From an uncultured delta proteobacterium (GTDB taxonomy: Bacteria; Desulfobacterota; Binatia; UBA9968): DNA of 64,000 bases. Shown piece after piece: positions 30,946-42,048 of the stretch. Made by a program: the position numbers and the translations under genes. The stretch is from assembly GCA_963840855.1 (NCBI GenBank), contig CAWJBB010000040.1:160001-224000 (forward strand), given 5' to 3'. The notes under the pieces are model-generated. The model searched no databases. It saw nothing but the letters and a program-made list of their open reading frames with translations, and had not been told where the DNA came from. The first letter of the stretch is position 1, and each line of letters begins with the position of its first letter.

Positions 30946-32055
30946 ATGTTGCAATTGAGAAGATCCGCGACGGCGCGGACGGTTTATTTTACGGCGGCAC
31001 TGCTGTTGGGCTTGTCTTTCATTCCTTGCTTATCGAGCGCTGCCACCCTTGGCGAAATCATCGAAGGCGCGAAAAAGGAAGGCAATCTGCGCGGCCAGTG
31101 GGGGCAGAATAGCTTCGGCGGCAGCGAGGGATTTCAGGAAATCCTTGCTGGGATGAACAAGAAATACAAACTCAATCTCAAAGGCCAGTACACGCCGGGT
31201 CCCGACATGCAGCGCCTCATGTTGCGCGTCATCCAGGAAGCGGCCGCGGGACAGCCCGCAAGCACCGATGTTTATCTGGGCAATTCTCAAGCGATCTTCG
31301 ACGGTCTCAAGGCTAATCTTTTTACGAACATGACTTTTGACAAGTTCATCGAGAACAAGCCCAAACCCGAGGGGAAATTTCAAGCCATCGCGCCGGCGGG
31401 CACCCACGTCGCTTTCGCGACCACCGTGGTGGGGATTCAATACAACTCGAGTCTGGTCAAGGGCAACGACATCCCGCGCAGGATGGCCGACGTGCTCAAC
31501 CCCAAATGGAAGGGCAAGATCGCGTCAACGCCCTACGCCGCCGGCCTCAGGGAATTCGCCACGCCGGACTTTCTGGGCCGCGAGAAGATGATCGACTACA
31601 CGAAAAAGCTGTCGAAGCAAATCGCGGGACTCATGCGCTGCGGCGAATCGGAGCGCATCACCAGCGGCGAGTTCTTGATGCTGGTTTACACCTGCGGCGG
31701 CAACGACGTAAATGTGCTCAAGCGCACCGGCGCGCCGGTGGCTCACACGGTCGTGGAAGAGGGCACAGTCCTGCACATGAGATACGCCGCCATTCCGAAA
31801 AACTCCCGCGCGCCCAACATCGGCGCGCTCTTGATCGACTATCTCCTGTCCGCGGAAGGACAAGACATGCTCTGGAAGCATGACGGCATGGACCTGCATC
31901 TGTTTCCCGGCTCCCAGACTAAACGGGAGCTCGATATTTTGCGGGCGGCCAAAGGGAAGGTCGTCACCAGCTCGCCGGAATGGCTGGCGTCCTCTAAGAA
32001 CTATGCCGAAACGCAAAAAGAGCTGGAAGCGATCCTGCGCGACGGCGGCAAGTAA
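30946..32055 (+). CDS. ABC transporter substrate-binding protein (iron/thiamine/polyamine cluster)
   Basis: Signal peptide, GAKKEG, YNSSLV, LNPKWKGKI, LLSAEGQ. Confidence 0.85.
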   Translation: MLQLRRSATARTVYFTAALLLGLSFIPCLSSAATLGEIIEGAKKEGNLRGQWGQNSFGGSEGFQEILAGMNKKYKLNLKGQYTPGPDMQRLMLRVIQEAAAGQPASTDVYLGNSQAIFDGLKANLFTNMTFDKFIENKPKPEGKFQAIAPAGTHVAFATTVVGIQYNSSLVKGNDIPRRMADVLNPKWKGKIASTPYAAGLREFATPDFLGREKMIDYTKKLSKQIAGLMRCGESERITSGEFLMLVYTCGGNDVNVLKRTGAPVAHTVVEEGTVLHMRYAAIPKNSRAPNIGALLIDYLLSAEGQDMLWKHDGMDLHLFPGSQTKRELDILRAAKGKVVTSSPEWLASSKNYAETQKELEAILRDGGK

Positions 32056-32070
32056 ATTAACCGCAAAGGG

Positions 32071-32135
32071 CCTAGCGCGGCGCAGCCGCAACCAAGAACC
32101 GGAAGATCTCGCGCAAAGGCGCAAAGAACGCTTTA
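32071..32135 (+). repeat. CTAG-terminated interspersed repeat; inverted copy at ~63152-63214
   Basis: ctagcgcggcgcagccgcaaccaagaaccggaagatctcgcgcaaaggcgcaaag matches the reverse complement ctagcccggctatgccgcaaccaaaagccggaatatctcgcgcaaaggcgcaaag. Confidence 0.75.
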
Positions 32136-32294
32136 AGACCGAAGAGAATATTCCGAACCTCGTTCGTGGATACCTTGCGTGCTCTTGCGTGCGTGAGAAT
32201 AATCCTAATCATCGTGGGTTGATTGCGCCATGATAATGCGCAGCCAGCTGAAAATTTGCGCGAACTACCAAATCTTTTAATTGTCGGAGTTTAG

Positions 32295-34037
32295 ATGAAA
32301 CAAGAAACGCTGAGATTGCCGGCGATCTTTAGCGGAAGAAGCCACACCTCTTCCGCGCTGTTATCCGTGGCTTTGATTCCGATGGCGGTGATTTTCGTCC
32401 TGGTCATGGTCATGTTTTGGATCAGCTTGCAGAAGGGTGCCTTCGGCACGCCCAGCGCCGCCTACACTCTAAGCAACTACGGCGCAGTGTTCAGCGATCC
32501 GTTCGTCTACCGGGTAGTTACGAACACGCTCATTTTCACCATCACCGCGACTTTCATCGCGCTGCTTTTCGGTTTGCCCATCGCCTGGCTGGTCGAGAGA
32601 ACGACCATAGCCGGAAAAACTTTGATCTACGCAATCATGACGTTGGGGCTGTTGATTCCCGGCATTTATACCGCCATGGGCTGGACCATGATCGCCCATC
32701 CGCGCATCGGCATTCTGAACCGCTGGCTCGTGGACCTCTTCGAGCTTGCCGACGCGCCTATCAATATAGCAACTCCCATCGGCATGGGCTTCGTCCAAGG
32801 ACTGAGTCTCTCGGCGCTGGCGTTCATCCTCACCGCGCAGATGTTTCGCGCCATGAATCCGACGCTCGAGGAAGCGGCGCGCGTCCACGGCATGGGTTAC
32901 GGCAAGATCCTTCGGCGCGTGACGCTGCCGCTGGCCCGGCCGGGCATATTGGCGGCGGTGATTTACATTTTCACCATCGGCGTCGCCACTTTTGATATTC
33001 CCGCGATTCTGGGTCTGGGTAATCGCGTGTATATGCTCAGCACTTTTATCTATCTCAAGGTCCATCCACAGGGCGCGGGCCTGCCGGAATATGGGATCAC
33101 CGGCGTAGTGGGCGCGTTCATGATTATCGTTGCGGGCTTGCTGACCCTCTGGTATGGCCAGGTGCTGCGCCAGGGCCACCGCTTCGAGGTGGTGACCGGA
33201 AAGGGGTACAAGCCGGCTTTGATCCCGTTGGGCGGTTGGTCTGTAGCGGCGTGGAGTTTTATCGCCGGTTACGCGTTCGTCTCGAAGCTCTTGCCGCTCC
33301 TGTTGATCGCTTACGCGGCGCTGATGCCTTATTTCGTGCCGCCGTCGTTGGCCGCGATGAGCCAGCTGTCCCTCGCGCATTTTTACGGCATGGACTGGCA
33401 CCTCGTGCTGCGCGGTCTCGCCAACACGGCGATTCTGGTGACGGTGGTGCCGCTGGTGGTCTTGCTGCTGGCCTTTACCATCTCGTGGCTCATTGTTCGC
33501 TCCCGAAGCAAGCTGCGTTATGCGCTTGAGTTCGGCGCCTTTCTACCGCAGGCCCTGCCGGAGGTCATCCTTTCCATCGGCGCCTTGCTTTTGTCTCTCT
33601 TCGTTCTCGGCACCACGATTCCACTCTATGGTTCGGTATGGATTATCGCCATCGTCTACGTCGTCGCCCGCCTCGCTTTCGCCACTCGGGCGCTCAACGG
33701 CTCGCTGCTGCAGATCCATCGCGAGCTCGAAGAGGCCGCCTTCGTCGCCGGACTTTCCAACGCGCGCACCGCCTGGCGCGTGTTGTTTCCGCTGATCCGG
33801 CCAACGCTGTTCTCCGTCTGGATATGGTCCGCCCTGCTGGTTTATCGCGAGCTCACCGCCGCTGTATTTCTCGCGGTGCACGACAATATCACGCTGCCGG
33901 CGGTGGTCTGGAGCTACTGGTACGGCGGCAATATCAACAAGGCCTCCGCCGTCACGCTGCTCATGACCCTGGTGCTGACGCCGCTCATTCTCGCCGCCTG
34001 GTGGTGGGGCAGGCGCAGCCAGGTGTCGGTAAACTAA
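32295..34037 (+). CDS. Iron-type ABC transporter permease (duplicated TM domains, FbpB-like)
   Basis: Two EAA motifs (LEEAARVHG, LEEAAFVAG), VVTGKG. Confidence 0.9.
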   Translation: MKQETLRLPAIFSGRSHTSSALLSVALIPMAVIFVLVMVMFWISLQKGAFGTPSAAYTLSNYGAVFSDPFVYRVVTNTLIFTITATFIALLFGLPIAWLVERTTIAGKTLIYAIMTLGLLIPGIYTAMGWTMIAHPRIGILNRWLVDLFELADAPINIATPIGMGFVQGLSLSALAFILTAQMFRAMNPTLEEAARVHGMGYGKILRRVTLPLARPGILAAVIYIFTIGVATFDIPAILGLGNRVYMLSTFIYLKVHPQGAGLPEYGITGVVGAFMIIVAGLLTLWYGQVLRQGHRFEVVTGKGYKPALIPLGGWSVAAWSFIAGYAFVSKLLPLLLIAYAALMPYFVPPSLAAMSQLSLAHFYGMDWHLVLRGLANTAILVTVVPLVVLLLAFTISWLIVRSRSKLRYALEFGAFLPQALPEVILSIGALLLSLFVLGTTIPLYGSVWIIAIVYVVARLAFATRALNGSLLQIHRELEEAAFVAGLSNARTAWRVLFPLIRPTLFSVWIWSALLVYRELTAAVFLAVHDNITLPAVVWSYWYGGNINKASAVTLLMTLVLTPLILAAWWWGRRSQVSVN

Positions 34038-34079
34038 GCCGGGTAACAGAGCGGTGCACCGAAGGTAATGGAACCACCG

Positions 34080-34727
34080 ATGGACACGGAAAACCTTTTG
34101 CAAATTATCGAACACCGCCGCAGCGCCAGGATCTACAAGCGCGGTAAGGTCAGCGACGCTCAGCTCGAGACGATCTTGGAGGCGGCGCGCTGGGCGCCTT
34201 CCGGGGCCAACACGCAGCCTTGGGAGTTTGTCATCACCCGCGACCGCAAAAAAATGAAACGGGTACGCGAGATCTATGCAAACGAGTGGCGCCAGCGAAA
34301 AATGGAGGACCCCGTTCATTACAAGGGTATCAAGAAAGATTATGTGGGAGACGTTAGCGTGTTGGTGCTCGTTTGCGGCGATCCACGAACCAAACTAGTC
34401 TACTTGACAACCCGCCAACCCTCAGACCGCGAGAAGCTTTTTCAAGCGAGCATAGCGAATGCCGTGCAGCAGATGATGCTGGCCGCCGCCTCGATGAATC
34501 TCGGCACGGTCTGGGTTTCAGTGCGCGAAGAAGTGGAACCCGAGTTACGCGAGTTATTCAAAGTACCGAACGATCTGCGCCTGCTGTGGGTCGTCCCCAT
34601 CGGCCACGCCCGCAGTTGGCCGAAGGCAAAACGACGGCGCTCGGTTTCGAGCTTCACACACTACGAAACTTACGATACTAATAAGCTCAGACGCGAATCC
34701 GACATTCGCGCCTGGCCGAAGAGTTGA
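34080..34727 (+). CDS. Nitroreductase family protein
   Basis: RRSARIY, AARWAPSGANTQPWEF, LGTVW. Confidence 0.9.
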   Translation: MDTENLLQIIEHRRSARIYKRGKVSDAQLETILEAARWAPSGANTQPWEFVITRDRKKMKRVREIYANEWRQRKMEDPVHYKGIKKDYVGDVSVLVLVCGDPRTKLVYLTTRQPSDREKLFQASIANAVQQMMLAAASMNLGTVWVSVREEVEPELRELFKVPNDLRLLWVVPIGHARSWPKAKRRRSVSSFTHYETYDTNKLRRESDIRAWPKS

Positions 34728-34733
34728 GACGTT

Positions 34734-36251
34734 TTACGAGGCGGTGATTTCGTACTGCTGGTGGGGCAGTTCCTGGCTCGCTTTGATGACGACGCGGCGG
34801 TTGATCTCGCGCTCCAGGTTTTCCAGGCTATTGTTTTTCTCGTCATAGAGAAAATTCGCCACGTCGGGATGTAGCCGCACGACGATATTTTTGCCGTCCT
34901 CCAGCGCCGCTTGCTGTCGTTTGATCGCGCGCAACACTTCATAGGCGACGGTCACCGCCGACTTGACGCGGCCTCGCCCTTCGCAGTGCGGACAGGGGCT
35001 GAGCATCTGGTTTTCCAAACTTTCCCGGGTGCGTTGCCTGGTCATCTCCACGAGCCCCAGCTCGGAGATTTTCAGAATATTGGTGCGCGCCTTGTCTTTT
35101 TTCAACGCTTCCCTGAGGGCGTCATAAACTTTCTTGCGGTTGGCCTCCTTTTCCATGTCGATGAAGTCGATGATGATGATGCCGCCCAGGTTTCTCAACC
35201 GGAGCTGGCGCACGACCTCGTGCACCGCGTCCATGTTGGTTCTGAGGATAGTCTCCTCCTGGTTGCGTTTGCCGACGAAACGGCCGGTATTGACGTCGAT
35301 GGCCGTGAGCGCTTCGGTTCGCTCGATGATGATATAGCCGCCGGAGCGGAGCCAGACCCGGCGATCCAGCGCCTTTTGGACCTTTTCTTCAACGCCGTGC
35401 CGGTCGAACAAGGGTTCTTTATCGCTATAAAGCTCGATCTTCGCTTTGAGGCGCGGCATGAACTGGCGCACGAAATCGACGACACGCCGGTAGTCTTTGG
35501 GCGAGTCAATGACCACCTGTTCTGTTTCGGTGCTGTAAAAATCGCGAATCGCCCTGGTAATCGAGTCGAGATCCTGGTGGATCAGTGCCGGCGCGGACGA
35601 CGTCTCAGCTCTCTTCTGAATCCTTTTCCATAGTATGATGAGAAAACGCAAATCCCGTTGAATCTCCCGCTTGCTGTGTCCTTCGCAGGCCGTGCGCAAT
35701 ATGAAACCGCCCTCCTCGGTGCGGAGCGATTGGGCGATTTCTTTGAGCCGCTTGCGTTCCTCCTCGCTCTCGATGCGCCGCGAGATGCCGATATGCTTGT
35801 TGCTGCCTGGAATAAAGACCATGTAACGGCCCGGCAGCGACACGTGCGAAGTGACACGGGCGCCTTTGGTACCCAGGGGATCTTTGGCGACTTGAACGAG
35901 AATGGCTTCACCGCCGGAAACTCTTTTTTCCAGTGGCAGGCGGCGCGACGGTGGTGGTGGTTTGGGGGGTTCGGTAAATTCCGCGTCTTCCCCGTTCGCC
36001 GCGATGATCTGAACGTCCCCAGGGATTTCGTAAAAATCAGATGCATGCAGAAAACCGGCCTTGTCCATGCCGATATCGACAAATGCCGCTTGCATGCCCG
36101 GCAACACGCGCGACACTTTGCCCTTGTAAATATTCCCGGCGATACCCATTTCCTCTTTGCGCTCGATGAGGAATTCGGCGAGAACCCCGTCCTCCATGAT
36201 CGCGATACGGCTTTCCTGAGGCGTGGAGCTAATTAGAATTTCTTGTTTCAT
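34734..36251 (-). CDS. rng: Ribonuclease G (Rne/Rng family)
   Basis: GNIYKGKV.RVLPGMQAAFVDIG, IDVNTG, GGIIIIDFIDM, CPHCEGRG; 505 aa, no long C-terminal tail. Confidence 0.93.
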   Translation of the reverse strand: MKQEILISSTPQESRIAIMEDGVLAEFLIERKEEMGIAGNIYKGKVSRVLPGMQAAFVDIGMDKAGFLHASDFYEIPGDVQIIAANGEDAEFTEPPKPPPPSRRLPLEKRVSGGEAILVQVAKDPLGTKGARVTSHVSLPGRYMVFIPGSNKHIGISRRIESEEERKRLKEIAQSLRTEEGGFILRTACEGHSKREIQRDLRFLIILWKRIQKRAETSSAPALIHQDLDSITRAIRDFYSTETEQVVIDSPKDYRRVVDFVRQFMPRLKAKIELYSDKEPLFDRHGVEEKVQKALDRRVWLRSGGYIIIERTEALTAIDVNTGRFVGKRNQEETILRTNMDAVHEVVRQLRLRNLGGIIIIDFIDMEKEANRKKVYDALREALKKDKARTNILKISELGLVEMTRQRTRESLENQMLSPCPHCEGRGRVKSAVTVAYEVLRAIKRQQAALEDGKNIVVRLHPDVANFLYDEKNNSLENLEREINRRVVIKASQELPHQQYEITAS

Positions 36252-36458
36252 AAATATGGAACGAACCAGCGCGCGCCCTGACGGCGGGTAGGTATGGCAA
36301 GAATTGGATCAAACGGCAATGGGTGATCAGATAAAGACCAGCAAGGGAGCCAAATTGTTTATAGAGTAAAACGGCTATGACTTCAAGTATAATTCCGTCG
36401 CGGCCCTTGAGTGGCCGTTCGGTCTAGACATTCCGGATTCGGGCGTAATTTACCGGCT

Positions 36459-36487
36459 TTGACAATCAAGGCTCCACTGGGTATTTT
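36459..36487 (+). promoter_or_regulatory. Putative sigma70-type promoter of the HNH gene
   Basis: TTGACA-N17-TATTTT upstream of ATG 36544. Confidence 0.45.
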
Positions 36488-36543
36488 AGATAAATTAGCC
36501 CTGGAATCAGCGGCTGCTCTAAGTATCTAAAAGAAGACCACCC

Positions 36544-37176
36544 ATGAGTTATCCGGCGACGGTCCCGACCTACTCCATTCTCAACACCAAGGTCTTAATC
36601 CTCAATCGCTCTTATCTGCCGATTCACGTCACCTCGGTTCGCCGGGCTTTCGTCTTACTATATCAGGGGATCGCCAAGGCGGTGAACGAACAGTACCAGA
36701 CCTTCGATTTCGACAGTTGGAGCGATCTGGCGGTAGCGGCGCATGACGAGTCGGTGGGCATGGTCAACCGCGTCATTCGCGTGCCGAGGGTAGTTTTGTT
36801 GGTGGGCTACGATCGAGTGCCCAAGCGCCAGGTGCGCTTCAGCCGCTACAACATTTACGCCCGCGACAAGTGCACTTGCCAATACTGCGCCCGCCGGTTG
36901 CCGCGCACCGAGCTAAACCTCGACCATGTTATTCCACGCTCCCAAGGCGGTACTTCGGTATGGGAAAACGTTGTTTGCTCCTGTCATGAATGCAACAGGC
37001 GCAAGGGGGGCAGAACGCCGCAGCAGGCCGGGATGGCACTGGCGCGAAATCCCATCAGGCCCAAATGGACGCCATTCATGCAGGAGACCTTCAGTCTATC
37101 CCGATACAAGGAATGGATGCCGTTTCTCAATACCATCGACGTCTCCTACTGGAACACGGAACTGTTAGAAAAATAG
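36544..37176 (+). CDS. HNH endonuclease (McrA-like, zinc-binding)
   Basis: VLILNRSYLP, RD..TCQYC, DHVIPRSQGG..WENVVCSCHECNRRKG. Confidence 0.92.
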   Translation: MSYPATVPTYSILNTKVLILNRSYLPIHVTSVRRAFVLLYQGIAKAVNEQYQTFDFDSWSDLAVAAHDESVGMVNRVIRVPRVVLLVGYDRVPKRQVRFSRYNIYARDKCTCQYCARRLPRTELNLDHVIPRSQGGTSVWENVVCSCHECNRRKGGRTPQQAGMALARNPIRPKWTPFMQETFSLSRYKEWMPFLNTIDVSYWNTELLEK

Positions 37177-37326
37177 CCATCCCCACACTTTGTGTTCCTA
37201 CATATAGTGGCGGCATTCCAGAAGCTCCACTCTATATTGTAATTTCGCTTGACAGGCACTACCCTCTGTGGAATAGTGTTTCCAACTTGCGAAAATCCCT
37301 GCTAAACTTTTCAAAAGAAATTAACT

Positions 37327-40300
37327 ATGCGCCTAAAACGCCTTGAAATGATTGGGTTTAAATCTTTTGCCCAAAAGACCGTGGTGGAGTTGACTCCCGG
37401 TATCACCGCGGTCGTGGGCCCCAACGGTTGCGGCAAGTCAAACATTGTCGATGCCTTGCGCTGGGCCATGGGGGAACAGAGCGCCCGCCACCTGCGCGGT
37501 CAGCACATGGAAGACGTCGTGTTCGGTGGCAGCGAAACCCTACCCCAGACCGGCATGGCGGAGGTTTCGATAGTCTTTGATAACGAAGAGGGTCGAGGAC
37601 CAACGGATTTTAGCAATTTCAGCGAGATCATGGTCACCCGCCGCCTGTTTCGTTCCGGTGAGTCGGAATATTCCATAAATAAGACCCCCTGCCGTTTGAA
37701 AGACGTGGTGGAGTTTTTCCTCGGAACCGGAATCGGCAGTAAAGCATACTCCATCGTCGAGCAGGGACGGGTGGACGAGCTCGTCAATTCCAAGGCCGAA
37801 GACCGCCGGCTGATCATCGAGGAAGCGGCGGGCACGAGCAAGTATAAGGGCCGAAAGCTCGTCGCCGAGCGCAAACTCGAACGCACGCAACAGAATTTAC
37901 TGCGCGTCACCGACATCGTGCGCGAGATCGAGCGGCAGATTCGCTCAATGGAGCTGCAAGCCAAAAAGGCCGAGCGCTACCGCGCCCTCAAAGCGGAATT
38001 AAAAGAAAAGGACCTGGCCTGCGCGGTCCTCCAGCGCAATGCTTTCAACGAGGAAATCACCGAACAAGAACGGTGCCTCGCGGACACAGAAGCGCGCCTC
38101 GCCGGACACTTGACGGCACTTCACTCGAAAGAAGCCGAAAGTGAAGCGGTGCGCCTCACCCTGTTGGAAGCCGACCGGGACATCGCCGCGCAGCAGGAAA
38201 ACGTTTACCAGAATAAATTCAAGATCCAAGCCCAGGAACAGACCATCGACTTCACCAGGAAAGATATCGCCCAACTCAATCAAAGCGAAATTGAAACGCG
38301 CGCCGCCCTCGCGCAACTGGAAGAAAAGTCAACGCACCTGGCCCAAGAGATCCGAGAGCTCGGCAAAGCCAAAGAAAGCTTTATTCAACTCTCGCTGTTC
38401 GAGCAGAATTTTCTAGACGATAAGGAACAGGAGCTGAAGGCTCTGGAAGAGAGCATGGGCGGGCTCGAGGCCGAGCTGGAACGGGAAAAGGAAGCGCTCA
38501 TCGAAGCGGCTAACCGAATCGCTTATTTGAAGAACGACGCCTTGGGGAAGGAAAAACGGCGCGGCGAAATCGAGCGCGATCTTGCGCGCGCCCGGGAAGA
38601 GCACGTCGTGGCCTCCGAGGAGTTGGCGCAGGCGCGCCACAAGGGCGGCGAGGCGAAGTCCGCCCTCGAGACTTCTCTCGACCAAACCCACGAGCGCGCC
38701 ATCGAAGCCGCCCAGGTGCACGCCACCGTGCAAAGCCTGGGCAAGGCCAAACAGGAACAGGAAACGAGAATCGCCGCGCGCAAGGGCCAGCTTCAAGAAA
38801 ACCGCTCGCGCCTACTGTCTCTCGAAGACTTACAGAAAAACTACGAGGGCTATCAAGATGGCGTCCGCGCAATCATGCTGAAGAAACAGCAGGCCGCCTC
38901 CCCCGATGGCATCTTCGGCCTGGTGGCTGAAGTCATCGAAGCGCCGGAGACCTATGAGAAGGCGCTCACTGCCGTCCTCGGCGACCGCCTGCAATATGTC
39001 ATCGTCAAAGGCCAGGAAGAAGGCGTCGAAGCCGTGGAGTATCTGAAACATCAGGCCTCAGGGCGCGGTAGTTTTATCCCCGTCCAGTTGTCGCGCAAAC
39101 AATCCAAGCTACTGCCGTTGGGCGAAGCCGAGGTTGTCGGCCCGCTGCTCGACTTGATTTCGGTCAAAGAAGGCTACCGAGACGTCGCCGAGTATTTGCT
39201 CAATGATGTCGTATTGGTCCAAGATCTTCACGCGGGCCTCGCGCTGTGGAGCCGCAACGGCTACTACACCACTCTGGTGACTCCAGACGGAGAAGTGATT
39301 GATCCGATGGGCATCGTTACCGGAGGCAGCCAGGCGCCGTTGGAAAGAAGCTTTCTCACGCAGCGCCGGCGCATCAGGGAACTGAGAGACGGTCTCGCCG
39401 AGCTCGAAACTCATTTGCACCACGAAGAGACAGAGCTCACCAAAGTAAAGCTGGCCCTCGAACAAGCTGAAACTCAAAAAGTTCAGCTCGCCTCGGAAAT
39501 ACATCGCCTGGAACTCGAGCGCGTGCGGCTGGAACACGAGCATCTGGCCGCCGAAGGCGACTCGGGTCGGCTGGCGATGACCGTCGATACGCTCGCTCAG
39601 GAAGAGCGTGATCTCAGCGCCGCACTGCAAACACTCAATGATGAAATTCACCAATGCCAGGCGAACAGCGTTGCCCTGGCGGAAGAGAAGGCAGGCCGGG
39701 AAACAACCCTCGCCGAGAAGCTGAGCACGGCTAGTGAGCTGAAAAGCGCGCTGGAAAGCCTGGGAGCCGCGGTCACGCAATCACGCATACGCCATGCGGC
39801 TTTGGCTGAGAAGCGCGACAATACGCATCGAAATCTGGAAGACCGGCTCAATCAACAAAGCGAAATCGCCGCACGGCTGGGCGCCTGCCAGGCGCAGTTC
39901 GACGACCTGCAGCGCCGCAAGGCCGAAATGGCGTGCGCGCTCGCGCAAGCGGTAAAAGATTGGGAAGCGGGACGTGCAGCGCTCAAGGACCTCGAAGAGA
40001 AACTCCAAGCCAGCCGGCAGCAGTATCGAACAATTTCCATGAATGTCGCCGAGCTGGAGGAATCGATCAAGGAGATCAGGCCCCTCGGTGAAGCCTGCCA
40101 GGAGGAGAAAAACCGCTTGCAGTTGGTCCTGGCCGAGAAGCGGCTCAACTACCAGCACCTCGCCGACACCATTCGCGAAAAATATGACACGGACTTATCC
40201 CAGTTGGCGGCGGATATCACCGACAATGTGCCGCTCCGGGACGAGCTGCGTGTTGAGATCGACGAGTTGCGCGGCCGGCTGGAGCGAATGGGCGAGGTCA

Positions 40301-40881
40301 ACCTGGCAGCCATCGGCGAATACGAGGAGCTGACAACCCGCTTTCAGTTCATGAGCCAACAAAAAGAAGACTTGGAGAAATCCATCGCCGACTTGCAGCA
40401 GACCATCGTGAAGCTCAACCGCGTCTGCCGGCTGCGCTTCAAGGAAAGTTTCGAAGCGATCAATGAAAAATTCGAAGCCGTATTCCCACGGCTTTTCCAC
40501 GGCGGCAAGGCGAAGCTGGTGCTGACCGATGAAAACGACTATCTGGAAACCGGCATCGACATCGTCGTGCAGCCCCCCGGCAAGAAACTGCAGTCCATCA
40601 CGTTGCTCTCGGGCGGCGAGAAGGCACTCACGGCTGTAAGCTTGCTGTTTGCGATTTTTTTGACCAAGCCGAGCCCGTTTTGTTTCTTAGACGAGGTAGA
40701 CGCGCCGCTGGACGACGCAAATCTCGAACGCTTCAATGACCTGGTTAGGGAAATGAGCGAACACTCGCAATTCGTCATCGTCACGCACAATAAAAAAACC
40801 ATGCAGGCCGCCGAAGTCCTTTACGGTATCACGATGGCGGAGCCCGGCGTATCCAAGGTGGTTTCCGTACGTATGAACTAG
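37327..40881 (+). CDS. smc: Chromosome segregation protein SMC
   Basis: GFKSF, GPNGCGKSN, coiled coils and hinge, LSGGEK, LDEVDAPLD. Confidence 0.97.
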   Translation: MRLKRLEMIGFKSFAQKTVVELTPGITAVVGPNGCGKSNIVDALRWAMGEQSARHLRGQHMEDVVFGGSETLPQTGMAEVSIVFDNEEGRGPTDFSNFSEIMVTRRLFRSGESEYSINKTPCRLKDVVEFFLGTGIGSKAYSIVEQGRVDELVNSKAEDRRLIIEEAAGTSKYKGRKLVAERKLERTQQNLLRVTDIVREIERQIRSMELQAKKAERYRALKAELKEKDLACAVLQRNAFNEEITEQERCLADTEARLAGHLTALHSKEAESEAVRLTLLEADRDIAAQQENVYQNKFKIQAQEQTIDFTRKDIAQLNQSEIETRAALAQLEEKSTHLAQEIRELGKAKESFIQLSLFEQNFLDDKEQELKALEESMGGLEAELEREKEALIEAANRIAYLKNDALGKEKRRGEIERDLARAREEHVVASEELAQARHKGGEAKSALETSLDQTHERAIEAAQVHATVQSLGKAKQEQETRIAARKGQLQENRSRLLSLEDLQKNYEGYQDGVRAIMLKKQQAASPDGIFGLVAEVIEAPETYEKALTAVLGDRLQYVIVKGQEEGVEAVEYLKHQASGRGSFIPVQLSRKQSKLLPLGEAEVVGPLLDLISVKEGYRDVAEYLLNDVVLVQDLHAGLALWSRNGYYTTLVTPDGEVIDPMGIVTGGSQAPLERSFLTQRRRIRELRDGLAELETHLHHEETELTKVKLALEQAETQKVQLASEIHRLELERVRLEHEHLAAEGDSGRLAMTVDTLAQEERDLSAALQTLNDEIHQCQANSVALAEEKAGRETTLAEKLSTASELKSALESLGAAVTQSRIRHAALAEKRDNTHRNLEDRLNQQSEIAARLGACQAQFDDLQRRKAEMACALAQAVKDWEAGRAALKDLEEKLQASRQQYRTISMNVAELEESIKEIRPLGEACQEEKNRLQLVLAEKRLNYQHLADTIREKYDTDLSQLAADITDNVPLRDELRVEIDELRGRLERMGEVNLAAIGEYEELTTRFQFMSQQKEDLEKSIADLQQTIVKLNRVCRLRFKESFEAINEKFEAVFPRLFHGGKAKLVLTDENDYLETGIDIVVQPPGKKLQSITLLSGGEKALTAVSLLFAIFLTKPSPFCFLDEVDAPLDDANLERFNDLVREMSEHSQFVIVTHNKKTMQAAEVLYGITMAEPGVSKVVSVRMN

Positions 40882-41114
40882 CCGTTCTGGTCGAGGATCG
40901 AAGATAGAGGATGGCGCTTTCCGTTCTCGATCCTTGATGTTTCGCAAGATAGGCCTGAGCCTGGCTTTTTATCATTGTAGGGATGGTCGCGACCGTCCCC
41001 TACGTTTTCCACCGTCGCCCCATGCTTGTTCAAATGCCTGCCCACACTTTTTCGTTCTGTTAGATTGTTTAGGTTTAGATTGTTATTCGCGCAGTGATTC
41101 CTTAGACTCTGGCA

Positions 41115-42035
41115 ATGGCCAGTGGCACTTTTTTTCAAAGACTCAAGCAAGGCTTGACCAAAAGCCGGGAGGGCTGGGCGCAGAAGATCGGCGCTATTTT
41201 TCAAAATCGCCGTTGGGATGAGCAGGCCACCGAGGCCATGGAAGAGAGTTTGCTCGCGGCGGACGTCGGCGTCAAAGCCACTCAAAAGCTGATGGGCGCC
41301 CTGCGCAAACAATCACCCAGCGGCGAGCAGGACCCTGCGGGAGAGATGGCCGAGCGCTTGCACGAGGCGATGATTCAGATCCTCACGCCCAAGGCAGCGG
41401 CAACGCCGCCGCTATCGGCGCGGCCCTGGGTGATAGTTTTTCTCGGTGTCAACGGCGTCGGCAAGACCACCACTATAGGCAAAATGGCCGCGCAGTATCG
41501 GGAAGCTGGCAAGAAAGTACTGCTGGTGGCCGGCGATACCTTTCGCGCTGCCGCCATCGAGCAGCTCGAAGCCTGGGGGCAGCGGGCCGGCGTTGAAACC
41601 ATCAAGCACCGCGCCGGCGCCGATCCCTCCGCGGTGGTCTTCGACGGCATGCAAGCGGCAAAGAGCCGCGGCATCGACGTGTTGCTGATCGACACCGCGG
41701 GCCGCCTCCATACCAAGCTTCACTTGATCGAGGAATTAAAAAAAATCCGCCGCATCATCGCCCGCGAACAGTCCGACGCGCCCCACGAAACTCTGTTGGT
41801 GCTGGACGCCACCACCGGGCAAAACGGTTTGCAGCAGGCTCGGGTTTTCAAGGAAGCCACGGATATCAGTGGCATCGTGCTGACCAAGCTCGACGGCACG
41901 GCTAAGGGCGGCGTCATCATCGGCATTCAAGAAGAGCTAAGCGTCCCGGTGCGCTACATCGGCGTCGGCGAGGATATTGACGACCTTCAGCCCTTCGACC
42001 CCACCCGGTTTGTCCAGGCGCTCTTCGAGCGCTAG
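41115..42035 (+). CDS. ftsY: Signal recognition particle receptor FtsY
   Basis: [32 protein letters not shown]. Confidence 0.97.
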   Translation: MASGTFFQRLKQGLTKSREGWAQKIGAIFQNRRWDEQATEAMEESLLAADVGVKATQKLMGALRKQSPSGEQDPAGEMAERLHEAMIQILTPKAAATPPLSARPWVIVFLGVNGVGKTTTIGKMAAQYREAGKKVLLVAGDTFRAAAIEQLEAWGQRAGVETIKHRAGADPSAVVFDGMQAAKSRGIDVLLIDTAGRLHTKLHLIEELKKIRRIIAREQSDAPHETLLVLDATTGQNGLQQARVFKEATDISGIVLTKLDGTAKGGVIIGIQEELSVPVRYIGVGEDIDDLQPFDPTRFVQALFER

Positions 42036-42048
42036 CCACCGCGTGGCG

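Noticed and set aside
36544-37176. HNH nuclease as a defence system or mobile element
   Set aside because: Stand-alone member of a widespread family between rng and smc, with no methylase, repeats or mobility genes nearby.
37327-40881. SMC as a Wadjet/JetC or other defence ATPase
   Set aside because: Canonical hinge-containing SMC followed by ftsY, the usual housekeeping arrangement.
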